DNA of 64,000 nucleotides. It comes from a virus. Its lineage: Duplodnaviria; Caudoviricetes. The stretch's first letter is position 1. Each line of letters begins with the position of its first letter. The notes beneath the pieces were generated by a model. It had not been told where the DNA came from. It saw only the letters and a program-made list of their open reading frames with translations, and searched no databases. The stretch is from IMG/VR virus record IMGVR_UViG_3300034073_003276, one strand, 5' to 3'. Below, piece by piece: positions 1 through 11,326 of the stretch. The position numbers and the translations under genes were made by a program.

Positions 1-865
1 CTTCTTTTTGTGGTAGTGGTTTTAGATAAGGAGTTTGACCTAAATCTTCTACCTTGAGATTAAGATAATAAGGAAGAGCAAGGGCATAAACCCAACAAGC
101 ATCTTTTGGAAACTTTGGTTTGTCCCAAACACAGACAGAGTTAAATTCATTGTAGTTAAAAAGTTTTACTAATTCTTTTCTAGTTGATGTCCATATAGGA
201 TTCATTCCAAGTTTCTTCAGATGCTTCATAAAACGAATATGGATAATTTCATCACCAGCACCACACTGACTATCAATAATAATCGTTCTACCTGGAGTTA
301 CTGTTCCATCCCACTTCTCATAGTTTGGATACTTTTTATTCTTATATGCCTCTACTTCTCCTGCTTTGAGAAAGTGCTGAAGTCCTGTATGAATATCGTC
401 TTTACGAAAGTAATGTCCAGATAGGTTATGATATGCCTTTCTTTCAATCTCTTCGGGTAGTCTTTTTTTAATTAGGTCAAATAGAAGTTTTTCTGATTTC
501 TCTTTTTGATTTAAGGCAGAATATGAAAAAGTTTCCTCAAGAAGAAGTTCAGAATCTTGAGGATTTTGTGATTTGATTTTTGAGATTTGAGTTATTGCTT
601 TTTCTGGATAGTTATTTTGGTTGTATGCGTTTATAAGGTTTTTTGCAGTAATGTAAATTTCTTCTTTTGACTTTGCTAACTTAAGTGCTTTCTCACCATA
701 AGTAATAGCATTTGAGAAATCTTTAATTTCAAAAAAAATCTTAGCAACATCATCGTGCTGCTCAAAAGTTTCTGCTCTTTTTCCAAATGCTTGAAGAACT
801 TCCGTTGTAAGTTCCTTTTCGTTGAAGGAGTACAGAGTTTTTGTAACCAATTCAAGAGGGTTCAT
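1..865 (-). CDS. TPR-repeat protein with C-terminal glycosyltransferase-like (GT9/heptosyltransferase-like) region; runs off the left edge
   Basis: Hand translation from ATG at 865 (MNPLELVTKTLYSF...KWDGTVTPGRTIIIDSQCGAGDEIIHIRFMKHL...) is open to base 1. It has a helical TPR-like N-terminus and the GxGDxI motif of TPR-GT fusions. Not in the ORF track because it is truncated. Confidence 0.65.
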   Translation of the reverse strand, partial: MNPLELVTKTLYSFNEKELTTEVLQAFGKRAETFEQHDDVAKIFFEIKDFSNAITYGEKALKLAKSKEEIYITAKNLINAYNQNNYPEKAITQISKIKSQNPQDSELLLEETFSYSALNQKEKSEKLLFDLIKKRLPEEIERKAYHNLSGHYFRKDDIHTGLQHFLKAGEVEAYKNKKYPNYEKWDGTVTPGRTIIIDSQCGAGDEIIHIRFMKHLKKLGMNPIWTSTRKELVKLFNYNEFNSVCVWDKPKFPKDACWVYALALPYYLNLKVEDLGQTPYLKPLPQKE

Positions 866-892
866 TGTGCAATGATAATGTGTTTAGAGTAT

Positions 893-2128
893 TTAGAATG
901 GTGTAAAGTCTACTGATTTAATTGCTGCTGCAAAATCTGATCCACCACTCACTTGTTTCCAGTCAGTTCCTCCAGCGAATGTGGTGATTGGAGTACTTCT
1001 GTCTCCTGTTGTTATTCCATTTCCAAGTCTTCCAGCCAATGCATGACCCCAAATCCATAAGGTTCCATCAGTTTTGATTGCTGTTGTAAGACTTCCACCA
1101 CTCACTTGTTTCCAGTTGGTTCCTCCAGCGAATGTAGTGATTGGAGTACTTATGTCTGTGACTCCTAACACTACTCCATTTCCAAGTATTCCTCTACCAC
1201 CATAACCCCAAGTCCATAAGGTTCCATCGGTCTTGATTGCTGCTGTATGCTGACTTCCAGCACTCACTTGTTTCCAGTTGGATCCTCCAGCGAATGTAGT
1301 GATTGGAGTACTTATGTTTGCTGTTATTACTGCGTTTCCAAGTTTTCCATCAGTTGTACCACCCCAAATCCATAAGGTTCCATCGGTCTTGATTGCTGCT
1401 GTATTACCTGATCCAGCACTCACTTGTTTCCAGTTGGTTCCTCCAGCAAATGTAGTGACTGGAGTACTTATGTAACCAAAAATCGTTGTTGTTACTCCAT
1501 TTCCAAGTTGTCCATTATATCCAGTACCCCAAAGCCATAAGGTTCCATCAGTTTTGATTGCTGCTGTATGAAATTCTCCACCACTCACTTGTTTCCAGTT
1601 GATTCCTCCAGCGAATGTAGTGACTGGAGTAATTGCGAATCCTGATACTACTCCATTTCCAACCCGACTTGCAGTACCCCAACTCCACAAGGTTCCATCG
1701 GTCTTGATTGCTGCTGTATGCTCACTTCCAGCACTCACTTGTTTCCAGTTGGATCCTCCAGCGAATGTGGTGACTGGAGTACTTATGTCTCCTATTGTTA
1801 TTCCATTTCCAAGCAGTGCACTTCCCTCACCCCAAGTCCATAAGGTTCCATCAGTTTTGATTGCTGCCATGTGGTCATTACCAGCACTCACTTGTTTCCA
1901 GTTGGTTCCTCCAGAGAATGTGGTGACTGGAGTACTTATGTATCCTGTTATTACTCCATTTCCAAGTTTTCCAGAAACTCCAAAACCCCAAGTCCATAAC
2001 TCTGGAGGAATACCTATCTTATCTGCAATTCCTGGGTAAACAGTAATTAAATAGTCTTTAGTGACTAACTTAGTCCCCAAATCAACACCATTACTATCTT
2101 TAAAGTTAGTTACTGGTTCTAAACTCAT
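893..2128 (-). CDS. RCC1/BLIP-II-like 7-bladed beta-propeller repeat protein
   Basis: Seven ~54-aa repeats of the form LWxWG...GxLGNG...[19 protein letters not shown]...TAAIKTDGT. Confidence 0.85.
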   Translation of the reverse strand: MSLEPVTNFKDSNGVDLGTKLVTKDYLITVYPGIADKIGIPPELWTWGFGVSGKLGNGVITGYISTPVTTFSGGTNWKQVSAGNDHMAAIKTDGTLWTWGEGSALLGNGITIGDISTPVTTFAGGSNWKQVSAGSEHTAAIKTDGTLWSWGTASRVGNGVVSGFAITPVTTFAGGINWKQVSGGEFHTAAIKTDGTLWLWGTGYNGQLGNGVTTTIFGYISTPVTTFAGGTNWKQVSAGSGNTAAIKTDGTLWIWGGTTDGKLGNAVITANISTPITTFAGGSNWKQVSAGSQHTAAIKTDGTLWTWGYGGRGILGNGVVLGVTDISTPITTFAGGTNWKQVSGGSLTTAIKTDGTLWIWGHALAGRLGNGITTGDRSTPITTFAGGTDWKQVSGGSDFAAAIKSVDFTPF

Positions 2129-2129
2129 T

Positions 2130-2918
2130 TCATTCCTCTATTGGTATTTGAAATTCTCCGAGTCCTTCAAGTTCTTCAGATACTTCACGAACAATAACAT
2201 CGTGAACCTCATCAATTGTTAAACAAGCATCAATCTCTTGAAGTTTTGCTAACTCCCAATCAAATGCTTCCTGAACTACTTTATCAACTTCACTTACAAT
2301 GTACTGAAGTTGTTCTGTAGTGATCTCCAACCAAGTATTCTCAAACTTAAAGTTATGAGGACCAGGAGATGCAGAAAGTTTACTTGCAAGCATCAATCTT
2401 TCTTCTCTTGATGTTGATACTTTTACTTCAGTATCATTTACTATAAGAGTAATGGTAGTATTTTCTTTTTCTCTTCTATAAGGAGCAACTTCTTGTTTAC
2501 GAAGTGCTTTGACTTCTTCTAAAGTTTTATTAGTGATTGTATAAGTAAATACAACTTTTGCAGGAACATCAATGTCTGCAAAAGTACCGTAACTATACAC
2601 CACTTCACCATCTTCACCGACTTTCATATTGACGCTATCATCATCGGTCACACTCACATCATTACTCAACTTTTCTGTAACAATTTCCCAAATAAAGTTT
2701 CCTATATTATGATACTTTGAATCATTTTCTGGAATCACTCTTTCGATTGGAAGAAGATGTGTAATCCCATCCGAAAAATGAATTGGAACATGTAAATAAC
2801 TTTTTGGTGAAATTCTATCTCTTAATTCCAAATCTTCTAATTCAGAATTAATCATACGTACATTGAATCTAATAGGTCCAAGAATGAGTTGATTGTTGTG
2901 TACTAATGCAAATTCCAT
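2130..2918 (-). CDS. Tail-fibre-associated protein, DUF4376-like C-terminus
   Basis: The C-terminal part (LEEVKALRKQEVAPYRREKE...QEAFDWELAKLQEIDAC) resembles DUF4376 fibre-assembly-type proteins, and the gene sits among fibre genes. Confidence 0.55.
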   Translation of the reverse strand: MEFALVHNNQLILGPIRFNVRMINSELEDLELRDRISPKSYLHVPIHFSDGITHLLPIERVIPENDSKYHNIGNFIWEIVTEKLSNDVSVTDDDSVNMKVGEDGEVVYSYGTFADIDVPAKVVFTYTITNKTLEEVKALRKQEVAPYRREKENTTITLIVNDTEVKVSTSREERLMLASKLSASPGPHNFKFENTWLEITTEQLQYIVSEVDKVVQEAFDWELAKLQEIDACLTIDEVHDVIVREVSEELEGLGEFQIPIEE

Positions 2919-2934
2919 ATCTTTTTTTTAATAT

Positions 2935-4698
2935 TTAGACATACTCAAGTTGAACAACGGGTCTATAGGTTCTAGTTGAAGTTGGATTATCAACATTAAT
3001 TGTATAAGTACCTGCACTATCCGACAGAGAAAACCATAAAGTTCCTGAACCTATTGGACTTGTGCCAGAAGAATTCCAGTTAGTTGGACATTGACCCCAG
3101 GCAAAAATTATTGCTAGATCATCTCCAGTCCAATTAAATGAGGTAGTAAGACTAAATGTTTTAGTTGTACCTGTAGTAAAACTTTCGGATGATGCTGATT
3201 TGACTATAGTGTATCCAGTATGCCCCGGAGTTCCTCCACCAAAACTACCATTTTTCATGCCAATAGCATAATTCGGTAATGGTTGATATAATGGTTGTTG
3301 GGTTACATCAAATCTCAATCCACTTATAGTCGCAGATGTAGTACCAAGAGCAGATTGTAGTTCTGCAGAGGTATAAACCCACATTATAATATGTCTCCTA
3401 AAATAAATATTACATATATTTGGACTAGTTGTTGTATTGTTTCCTGATGCAGTTATTATATCTCCAGACCATGCAGGATCAGGCGGCGGTGGTGGCGGTG
3501 CATCATTTCCACCTATGCCTGATTGAACTGCTCCTGTATTATCAGATCTAGTACTCACTTGTTTCCAGTCAGTTCCTCCAGCGAATGTGGTGACTGGAGT
3601 ACTTATGTTTCCTGATCCTACTGCGTTTCCAAGTAATGAGGAGCCTGCATAACCCCAAGACCATAAGGTTCCATCAGTCTTGATTGCTGCTATATTATTA
3701 GATCCAGCACTCACTTGTTTCCAGTCAGTTCCTCCAGCAAATGTAGTGACTGGAGTACTCATGTCTCCTGTTGCTGTTGCATTTCCAAGTTTTCCATTAG
3801 ATGCAGAACCCCAAGTCCACAAGGTTCCATCGGTCTTGATTGCTGCTGTATGATAACCTCCACAACTCACTTGTTTCCAGTCAGTTCCTCCAGCGAATGT
3901 GGTGACTGGAGTACTTTTGAATCCTGATGCTACTGCGTTTCCAAGTTTTCCATAAACTGTATTACCCCAAGTCCATAAGGTTCCATCGGTCTTGATTGCT
4001 GCTGCATGAGCACCTCCAGAACTTACTTGTTTCCAGTTGGATCCTCCAGCGAATGTAGTGATTGGAGTAGATAAACTAACAAAACTTGATGTAGCTCCAT
4101 TTCCAAGTTGTCCATTAGCTGCAGAACCCCAAGTCCATAAGGTTCCATCAGTCTTGATTGCTGCTATATTACTAGATCCAGCACTCACTTGTTTCCAGTC
4201 AGTTCCTCCAGCAAATGTAGTGACTGGAGTACTTATGTTTCCTGTTATTACTCCATTTCCAAGATTTCCAACACTTCCAGAACCCCAAGTCCACAAGGTT
4301 CCATCGGTCTTAATTGCTGATGTATTAGCAGTTGTACCACTCACTTGTTTCCAGTCAGTTCCTCCAGCGAATGTGGTGACTGGAGTACTTATGTTTCCTG
4401 TTGTTACTCCATTTCCAAGTTTTCCAGAAACTCCAATACCCCAAAGCCATAAGGTTCCATCGGTCTTGATTGCTGATGTGAAAGAACCTCCAATATTCAC
4501 TTGTTTCCAGTTGGATCCTCCAGCGGATGTGGTGACTGGAGTACTTATGGATCCTACTGTTACTCCATTTCCAAGTCTTCCATTACTTCCAGAACCCCAA
4601 GTCCATAATTGATCTCCAATATACTGATCAATTAACCAATATTCAGTTACAAAGTAATTTTCAATATCTCCTTCTGGCGATAAAAATTCATTAGGCAT
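2935..4698 (-). CDS. RCC1-like 7-bladed propeller, poly-Pro linker and unrelated C-terminal beta domain
   Basis: Seven repeats of the same family as 893..2128, then PPPPPP and ~170 aa of non-repeat sequence. Confidence 0.85.
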   Translation of the reverse strand: MPNEFLSPEGDIENYFVTEYWLIDQYIGDQLWTWGSGSNGRLGNGVTVGSISTPVTTSAGGSNWKQVNIGGSFTSAIKTDGTLWLWGIGVSGKLGNGVTTGNISTPVTTFAGGTDWKQVSGTTANTSAIKTDGTLWTWGSGSVGNLGNGVITGNISTPVTTFAGGTDWKQVSAGSSNIAAIKTDGTLWTWGSAANGQLGNGATSSFVSLSTPITTFAGGSNWKQVSSGGAHAAAIKTDGTLWTWGNTVYGKLGNAVASGFKSTPVTTFAGGTDWKQVSCGGYHTAAIKTDGTLWTWGSASNGKLGNATATGDMSTPVTTFAGGTDWKQVSAGSNNIAAIKTDGTLWSWGYAGSSLLGNAVGSGNISTPVTTFAGGTDWKQVSTRSDNTGAVQSGIGGNDAPPPPPPDPAWSGDIITASGNNTTTSPNICNIYFRRHIIMWVYTSAELQSALGTTSATISGLRFDVTQQPLYQPLPNYAIGMKNGSFGGGTPGHTGYTIVKSASSESFTTGTTKTFSLTTSFNWTGDDLAIIFAWGQCPTNWNSSGTSPIGSGTLWFSLSDSAGTYTINVDNPTSTRTYRPVVQLEYV

Positions 4699-7600
4699 TT
4701 AACTTTCTCTCCATTTCTTCAATACGAACTTGTTGTTCTTTGATTGCTTCAATAAGTAATGCAACAATGTTTCCATAAGAAACTGATTTCAATCCTCTTG
4801 GCGTTTTAGATACAACTTCAGGTAAAACTTTTTCAATTTCTTGAGCAATCACACCAATTGATGGTTGATTATGTCCGTCAATCCAATCATATCTAACACC
4901 ATCAATTTTTTTAACCATATCTAAAGCATTTTCAATCTTTCTTACATTTGTTTTTTGAGTTTTATCAGAAAGTGATGTGAATACTGTCGCAAATAGAGTT
5001 CCACTTGAAGGATTATATTCAAGTTTGGTTGATGAAACATATAAGGTAGATACTGTGCCAGAAGTTGAATCTTCAAAAACAGGGTAACGAGTTGCATTTG
5101 TGCTTGTATCATCAGATATTGTTGCAACTGCAGAAGATCCTTGAGCACCTTGAGCACCCTGAGGTCCTTGTGGTCCTTGAGCACCTTGTGCACCCTGAGG
5201 TCCTTGAGGTCCTTGAATACCTTGTCTACCTTGAGTGCCTTGAGCACCTTGAGCACCTTGTGCACCCTGAGGTCCTTGTGGTCCTTGAGCACCTTGTGCA
5301 CCTTGTGCACCCTGAGGTCCTTGAGGTCCTTGAATACCTTGTCTACCTTGAGTGCCTTGAGCACCCTGAGCACCCTGAGCACCCTGAGCACCTTGAGGTC
5401 CTTGTGGTCCTTGAGCACCTTGTGCACCTTGTGCACCCTGAGGTCCTTGAGGTCCTTGAATACCTTGTCTACCTTGAGTGCCTTGAGCACCCTGAGCACC
5501 TTGAGGTCCTTGTGGTCCTTGAGCACCTTGTGCACCTTGAGCACCTTGAGGTCCTTGAGGTCCTTGAATACCTTGTCTACCTTGAGTGCCTTGAGCACCT
5601 TGAGCACCTTGAGCACCCTGAGGTCCTTGTGGTCCTTGAGCACCTTGAGCACCTTGAGGTCCTTGAGGTCCTTGAATACCTTGAATGCCTTGAGCACCTT
5701 GAGCACCTTGAGGTCCTTGTGGTCCTTGAGCACCTTGTGCACCTTGTGCACCCTGAGGTCCTTGAGGTCCTTGAATACCTTGAATGCCTTGAGCACCTTG
5801 AGCACCTTGAGCACCCTGAGCACCCTGAGCACCTTGAGGTCCTTGTGGTCCTTGAGCACCTTGTGCACCCTGAGGTCCTTGAGGTCCTTGAATACCTTGT
5901 CTACCTTGAGTGCCTTGAGCACCTTGAGCACCCTGAGCACCCTGAGCACCTTGAGGTCCTTGTGGTCCTTGAATACCTTGTCTACCTTGAGTGCCTTGAG
6001 CACCCTGAGCACCTTGAGGTCCTTGTGGTCCTTGAGCACCTTGAGCACCTTGTGCACCCTGAGGTCCTTGAGGTCCTTGAGGTCCTTGAATACCTTGTCT
6101 ACCTTGAGTGCCTTGAGCACCCTGAGCACCCTGAGCACCTTGAGGTCCTTGTGGTCCTTGAGCACCTTGTGCACCCTGAGGTCCTTGTGGTCCTTGAGCA
6201 CCTTGAGCACCTTGAGGTCCAGTTGGTCCTTGAATACCTTGTCTACCTTGAAGTGCTGCAGTAGAAATTGCTTCCCACTTTACCCCAGACCCAGTTGATA
6301 ATAAAACTGAAGTAGCAGATCCAACCTGATTGTTAACATCATATAATGCAGATCTTAATCTTATATTTCCATTGACATCTAATTTTTGTGTTGGATTTGT
6401 TTCACCAACACCGATATTTCCACCATAAGGTGCCAATTGAATTGTTCCACTTGCGTCTACATCAATAGAAGGAATACCTGAAACATCATTAACAGAGAAA
6501 ATAGATCCAGAAGTAAGATTATTTGTGATACTAAAAAGTTGTCCAGCAGAACCTTCAAACGAAAGTGTTCCTGTATTCAGAGTATCATAGTGAACAACGT
6601 CAATAACAGTTCCGATACCTAAAGTTCCAACTCCAGATACTGGAGTAATATAAGTTAAACTATCGGATCCAGTTGGATTGTTAGAAGCATCCTTATAAAC
6701 AACTTGATAGGCAGAACCTGCTACAGGTCCAGTTATACCTTGAATACCTTGTCTACCTTGAATACCTTGAATACCTTGTCTACCTTGAGTGCCTTGAGCA
6801 CCTTGAGCACCTTGAGCACCTTGAGCACCCTGAGGTCCTTGAGGTCCTTGAATACCTTGTCTACCTTGAGTGCCTTGAGCACCTTGAGCACCTTGAGGTC
6901 CTTGTGGTCCTTGAGCACCTTGTGCACCTTGTGCACCCTGAGGTCCTTGAGGTCCTTGAATACCTTGAATGCCTTGAGCACCTTGAGCACCCTGAGCACC
7001 CTGAGCACCTTGAGGTCCTTGTGGTCCTTGAGCACCTTGTGCACCCTGAGGTCCTTGAGGTCCTTGAATACCTTGTCTACCTTGAGTGCCTTGAGCACCT
7101 TGAGCACCCTGAGCACCCTGAGCACCTTGAGGTCCTTGTGGTCCTTGAGCACCTTGTGCACCCTGAGGTCCTTGAGGTCCTTGAATACCTTGAATGCCTT
7201 GAGCACCTTGAGCACCTTGTGCACCCTGAGGTCCTTGAGGTCCTTGAATACCTTGAATGCCTTGAGCACCTTGAGCACCTTGTGCACCTTGTGCACCCTG
7301 AGGTCCTTGAGGTCCTTGAATACCTTGTCTACCTTGAGTGCCTTGAGCACCTTGAGCACCCTGAGCACCTTGTGCACCTTGAGGTCCTTGAATACCTTGA
7401 ATGCCTTGAGCACCTTGAGCACCTTGTGCACCCTGAGGTCCTTGAGGTCCTTGAATACCTTGAATGCCTTGAGCACCTTGTGCACCTTGTGCACCTTGTG
7501 CACCCTGAGGTCCTTGAATACCTTGCCTACCTTGAGTGCCTTGAGCACCTTGTGCACCCTGAGGTCCTTGAGGTCCTTGAATACCTTGAATGCCTTGAGC

Positions 7601-10600
7601 ACCTTGAGCACCCTGAGCACCTTGAGGTCCTTGTGGTCCTTGAGCACCTTGAGCACCTTGTGCACCCTGAGGTCCTTGAGGTCCTTGAATACCTTGTCTA
7701 CCTTGAGTGCCTTGAGCACCTTGAGCACCCTGAGCACCCTGAGCACCTTGAGGTCCTTGAGGTCCTTGTGGTCCTTGAGCACCTTGTGCACCTTGAGGTC
7801 CTGTTGGTCCTTGAATACCTTGAATACCTTGAATACCTGCAGCAAAAGGATCGGTCCAAGATACCCCTACACCAGTTGAAATTAGAATTGATCCAGCAAC
7901 ACCAACTTGGTTATAAACATCATATAATGCAGATCTTAATCTTATATTTCCATTGACATCTAATTTTTGTGTTGGATTTGTTGTACCTATTCCAGTATTA
8001 CCACCATAAGGATTCAAAGAAATAGTTCTATCAGCATCAACATCAATAATTGGAATACCAGAAATTGGATTAACACTAAAGATAGAACCTGATGAAAGAT
8101 TATTTGTAATAGAAAATATTGTTCCTTGCGATGCTTCAAATGATAATGTTCCAGAATTTAAAGTATCATAATGAACTACATCAAAAATTGTACCAATACC
8201 TAAAGTTCCAACTCCAGATACTGGAGTAATATAAGTTAAACTATCGGATCCAGTTGGATTGTTAGAAGCATCCTTATAAACAACTTGGTAAGCAGAACCT
8301 GCTACTGGTCCTGTTATACCTTGAATACCTTGTCTACCTTGAGTGCCTTGAGCACCCTGAGCACCCTGAGGTCCTTGAATACCTTGAATTCCTTGAATTC
8401 CTTGTGCACCCTGAGCACCTTGTGCACCTTGTGCACCTTGTGCACCTTGTGCACCTTGAGGTCCTTGAATACCTTGAATTCCTTGTGCACCTTGAGCACC
8501 TTGTGCACCTTGTGCACCCTGAGGTCCTTGAGGTCCTTGAATACCTTGCCTACCTTGAGTGCCTTGAGCACCTTGAGCACCTTGTGCACCCTGAGGTCCT
8601 TGAGGTCCTTGAATACCTTGTGTACCTTGAGTGCCTTGAGCACCTTGTGCACCTTGTGCACCTTGAGGTCCTTGAATACCTTGAATTCCTTGAATTCCTT
8701 GTGCACCCTGAGCACCTTGTGCACCTTGTGCACCTTGTGCACCTTGTGCACCTTGAGGTCCTTGAATACCTTGAATTCCTTGTGCACCTTGAGCACCTTG
8801 TGCACCTTGTGCACCCTGAGGTCCTTGAGGTCCTTGAATACCTTGAATGCCTTGAGCACCTTGAGCACCTTGTGCACCTTGTGCACCCTGAGGTCCTTGA
8901 GGTCCTTGAATACCTTGTCTACCTTGAGTGCCTTGAGCACCTTGAGCACCCTGAGCACCTTGTGCACCTTGAGGTCCTTGAATACCTTGAATGCCTTGAG
9001 CACCTTGAGCACCTTGTGCACCCTGAGGTCCTTGAGGTCCTTGAATACCTTGTCTACCTTGAGTGCCTTGAGCACCTTGAGCACCCTGAGCACCTTGTGC
9101 ACCTTGAGGTCCTTGAATACCTTGAATACCTTGAATTCCTTGAATTCCTTGTGCACCTTGAGCACCTTGAGGTCCTTGAATACCTTGAATTCCTTGTGCA
9201 CCTTGAGCACCTTGAGGTCCTTGAGGTCCTTGAATTCCTTGAATTCCTTGAATTCCTTGTGCACCTTGAGCACCTTGAGGTCCTGTTGGTCCTTGAATAC
9301 CAGCAGCAAAAGGAGCAGTCCAAGAAACACCTACACCAGTAGAAACAAGAACGGATCCAGCAACACCAACTTGATTATAGAAATCCTTTAAGGTTGAATT
9401 TAATTCTACTTCACCATTAAAAGTAGAAATTCCAGAAACAACTAATGAATCAAAAGTTGGAGTGTCAGATACTCTAATAGTAGCAATAGCACCTCCAACA
9501 GTAGAAGTGGCAATAATATTATTTCCACGAAAATCTAAGTCAGTAACGCTACCAGCAGTTCCAACAACAGACCCTTCATCACGAACAACTATACCGTCCA
9601 GTGTTCCAGCACCTGCACCAGTAACTGGTTGCCATGACCAACCACCTACTCCATCAGCAACAGGAACATAGAGATTTGTACCAAAATCAACACCATCAGG
9701 AGATATTTGATTTACATCAAGTTTATCAAATGTTCCAATACCAGAAGCGTTAATATTTCTTACGACTGCTAAATCATTTTCAGTGAATTGAACTGAACCA
9801 GCAGCAAGTCTTGTTCCTGTCGGGAATTGAGTGCTTCCAATACCAACAGCATAATTAATTAACCAAGCATCAGTTCCAAGTCCAGCAAAAGAGCCTTCCT
9901 TGAACCACATAATTTTCTTGTATGTAGGAGGAAGAGTTTCAATACCAGCAACTGTTAATGTAATTAAAGGATTACCTTCAGTTGAAGCAACTGCAATACC
10001 ACCATGATTTGCGGTATTATCATTCGAAACATCATTACCAAATGCATCAGTTCTAAATCCAAGAATAATATCGGAGTCATAAACTGTTAATTCCGTAGCA
10101 AAAATTGTTGCCGATGTTCCACCAATTGTAACATTTCCAGTTACATTTAAGTTGCGGTTAACTTGTAGGTCTCTTGTAACTGTTAAATCTTCGGGAACAA
10201 CAAGATTTGTTGGAAGACTTAATGTTGGTGTGGAACCTTCTCCAGTGCCGCCAGTTACTGTAATCTGATTTGATGTCCCACTAATATCTTTAACATAATC
10301 ACCAAAAGTATCCGTGCCTAATCCAACACTATTTGGTTGAATAGTTGCTGCTAATGATACATTACCAGTACCATCAAAGGAAATTGGAGAAGCAACAACA
10401 TCTCCTGTGATTTCAAAAGTTCTTGCGTTTTCTAGTTTTGTTGCTGTTGTTGCAGTTCCTGTTAATGCTCCTACAAAAATTGTTGCTGTAGTGACACCAG
10501 AAACATAAAGTTGTGAAACAGTAACAATACCTAAAGTTGCAATCCCAGTATTGTTTATATTAGTATTACTTAAGAAATCAATAGTACCTGTAGTGGTATC

Positions 10601-11278
10601 TAAGGTCTCAATGCTACCAATACCACTATAAGAAACATTAGTGCCTGAGAGATAATCAATAGTACCTGTGGTTACATCAAGAGTCTCAATGGTTCCAATA
10701 CCAGAAGTATTAAGATTAGTATTACTTAAGAAGTCAATAGTACCAGTAGTGGTATCTAAAGTTTCTATAGTTCCAATACCACTATAAGAAACATTAGTGC
10801 CAGAGAGGTAATCAATAGTACCTGTAGTGGTATCTAAGGTTTCTATAGTTCCAATACCAGTTATATTAATATTTCTAGCATTAAGTTCGTCGAAAGTAAT
10901 ATCATCAGAAACATAAAGATCTCCACCGACATAAAGGTCACCAGAGAATGTACTAACTCCAACAAATGTAGATACACCGGAAACATAAAGTTGATTTGAT
11001 GTAACAATACCTAAAGTTGCAATACCTGAAGAATTGATATTATCTAAAGTAGAATCGGTACTATTAAGTGTAGTAATAGTACCTACGCCAGCATTAACTT
11101 GACCATTAAAAGTAGTTGCAGTAACTACACCAGTAAATTTTCCGTTCCCTCCAACATCAAGTTCTACTGTTGGTTGTGCCGAATTTATTCCTACTAAACC
11201 ACTAGAAGTAGCAGTAATTACTGTACCTCCAACTCCTACTTCTAACCCGCGCTTTACTCTAAAATTTTGATCAGCCAA
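4691..11278 (-). CDS. Collagen-like long tail fibre with C-terminal Peptidase_S74 intramolecular chaperone (TTG start)
   Basis: Three long Gly-X-Gln blocks. C-terminal SD...K.N...I.NAL...GV.Y.W...GVIAQE.EKVLPE.V...V.YG...ALLIEAIKE is the S74 signature. The N-terminus [14 protein letters not shown] is typical of cyanophage fibres. Confidence 0.85.
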   Translation of the reverse strand: MADQNFRVKRGLEVGVGGTVITATSSGLVGINSAQPTVELDVGGNGKFTGVVTATTFNGQVNAGVGTITTLNSTDSTLDNINSSGIATLGIVTSNQLYVSGVSTFVGVSTFSGDLYVGGDLYVSDDITFDELNARNINITGIGTIETLDTTTGTIDYLSGTNVSYSGIGTIETLDTTTGTIDFLSNTNLNTSGIGTIETLDVTTGTIDYLSGTNVSYSGIGSIETLDTTTGTIDFLSNTNINNTGIATLGIVTVSQLYVSGVTTATIFVGALTGTATTATKLENARTFEITGDVVASPISFDGTGNVSLAATIQPNSVGLGTDTFGDYVKDISGTSNQITVTGGTGEGSTPTLSLPTNLVVPEDLTVTRDLQVNRNLNVTGNVTIGGTSATIFATELTVYDSDIILGFRTDAFGNDVSNDNTANHGGIAVASTEGNPLITLTVAGIETLPPTYKKIMWFKEGSFAGLGTDAWLINYAVGIGSTQFPTGTRLAAGSVQFTENDLAVVRNINASGIGTFDKLDVNQISPDGVDFGTNLYVPVADGVGGWSWQPVTGAGAGTLDGIVVRDEGSVVGTAGSVTDLDFRGNNIIATSTVGGAIATIRVSDTPTFDSLVVSGISTFNGEVELNSTLKDFYNQVGVAGSVLVSTGVGVSWTAPFAAGIQGPTGPQGAQGAQGIQGIQGIQGPQGPQGAQGAQGIQGIQGPQGAQGAQGIQGIQGIQGIQGPQGAQGAQGAQGAQGTQGRQGIQGPQGPQGAQGAQGAQGIQGIQGPQGAQGAQGAQGAQGTQGRQGIQGPQGPQGAQGAQGAQGAQGIQGIQGPQGPQGAQGAQGAQGAQGIQGIQGPQGAQGAQGAQGAQGAQGAQGIQGIQGIQGPQGAQGAQGAQGTQGTQGIQGPQGPQGAQGAQGAQGTQGRQGIQGPQGPQGAQGAQGAQGAQGIQGIQGPQGAQGAQGAQGAQGAQGAQGIQGIQGIQGPQGAQGAQGTQGRQGIQGITGPVAGSAYQVVYKDASNNPTGSDSLTYITPVSGVGTLGIGTIFDVVHYDTLNSGTLSFEASQGTIFSITNNLSSGSIFSVNPISGIPIIDVDADRTISLNPYGGNTGIGTTNPTQKLDVNGNIRLRSALYDVYNQVGVAGSILISTGVGVSWTDPFAAGIQGIQGIQGPTGPQGAQGAQGPQGPQGPQGAQGAQGAQGAQGTQGRQGIQGPQGPQGAQGAQGAQGPQGPQGAQGAQGAQGIQGIQGPQGPQGAQGAQGTQGRQGIQGPQGAQGAQGAQGAQGIQGIQGPQGPQGAQGAQGAQGIQGIQGPQGAQGAQGAQGAQGTQGRQGIQGPQGPQGAQGAQGAQGAQGIQGIQGPQGPQGAQGAQGAQGIQGIQGPQGPQGAQGAQGPQGPQGAQGAQGAQGAQGTQGRQGIQGPQGPQGAQGAQGPQGPQGAQGAQGAQGAQGIQGIQGPQGPQGAQGAQGAQGPQGPQGAQGAQGTQGRQGIQGPQGPQGAQGAQGAQGAQGTQGRQGIQGIQGRQGIQGITGPVAGSAYQVVYKDASNNPTGSDSLTYITPVSGVGTLGIGTVIDVVHYDTLNTGTLSFEGSAGQLFSITNNLTSGSIFSVNDVSGIPSIDVDASGTIQLAPYGGNIGVGETNPTQKLDVNGNIRLRSALYDVNNQVGSATSVLLSTGSGVKWEAISTAALQGRQGIQGPTGPQGAQGAQGPQGPQGAQGAQGPQGPQGAQGAQGAQGTQGRQGIQGPQGPQGPQGAQGAQGAQGPQGPQGAQGAQGTQGRQGIQGPQGPQGAQGAQGAQGAQGTQGRQGIQGPQGPQGAQGAQGPQGPQGAQGAQGAQGAQGAQGIQGIQGPQGPQGAQGAQGAQGPQGPQGAQGAQGIQGIQGPQGPQGAQGAQGPQGPQGAQGAQGAQGTQGRQGIQGPQGPQGAQGAQGAQGPQGPQGAQGAQGTQGRQGIQGPQGPQGAQGAQGAQGPQGPQGAQGAQGAQGAQGTQGRQGIQGPQGPQGAQGAQGAQGPQGPQGAQGAQGAQGTQGRQGIQGPQGPQGAQGAQGPQGPQGAQGAQGSSAVATISDDTSTNATRYPVFEDSTSGTVSTLYVSSTKLEYNPSSGTLFATVFTSLSDKTQKTNVRKIENALDMVKKIDGVRYDWIDGHNQPSIGVIAQEIEKVLPEVVSKTPRGLKSVSYGNIVALLIEAIKEQQVRIEEMERKLNA
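5141..6250 (-). repeat. Collagen block 3: tandem 9-nt Gly-X-Gln units
   Basis: Plus-strand units ttgagcacc / ttgaggtcc / ttgtggtcc / ttgaatacc / ttgtctacc / ttgagtgcc in tandem. Confidence 0.95.
6740..7840 (-). repeat. Collagen block 2: tandem 9-nt Gly-X-Gln units
   Basis: Same 9-nt units as block 3. Confidence 0.95.
8320..9300 (-). repeat. Collagen block 1: tandem 9-nt Gly-X-Gln units
   Basis: Same units plus ttgaattcc (GGA ATT CAA). Confidence 0.95.
10494..10765. repeat. Direct repeat copy A (~272 nt), identical to 11988..12259
   Basis: Base-by-base visual comparison; offset 1494 nt, in frame. Confidence 0.85.
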
Positions 11279-11326
11279 GGTTCACTGTCCCCTCTGCTTA
11301 TTACTTTTACTTTTTTATATTTAGTC

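Noticed and set aside
1278-4612. Plus-strand ORFs ([11 protein letters not shown] repeats) opposite the RCC1 genes
   Set aside because: Antisense shadows of the repeat; the minus-strand frame has the recognisable fold and operon coupling.
893-4698. Repeat-spacer pattern resembling a CRISPR array
   Set aside because: The units are in-frame coding repeats with a ~162-nt period and two alternating constant blocks; no cas genes or leader.
4942-9391. Nine long alternative-frame and antisense ORFs (LKVLKDHKD..., LEHLEHPEV..., STLSTLRSL...) over the collagen blocks
   Set aside because: They are automatic by-products of 9-nt repeats lacking stops in those frames; they have no RBS or promoter and end where the repeats end.
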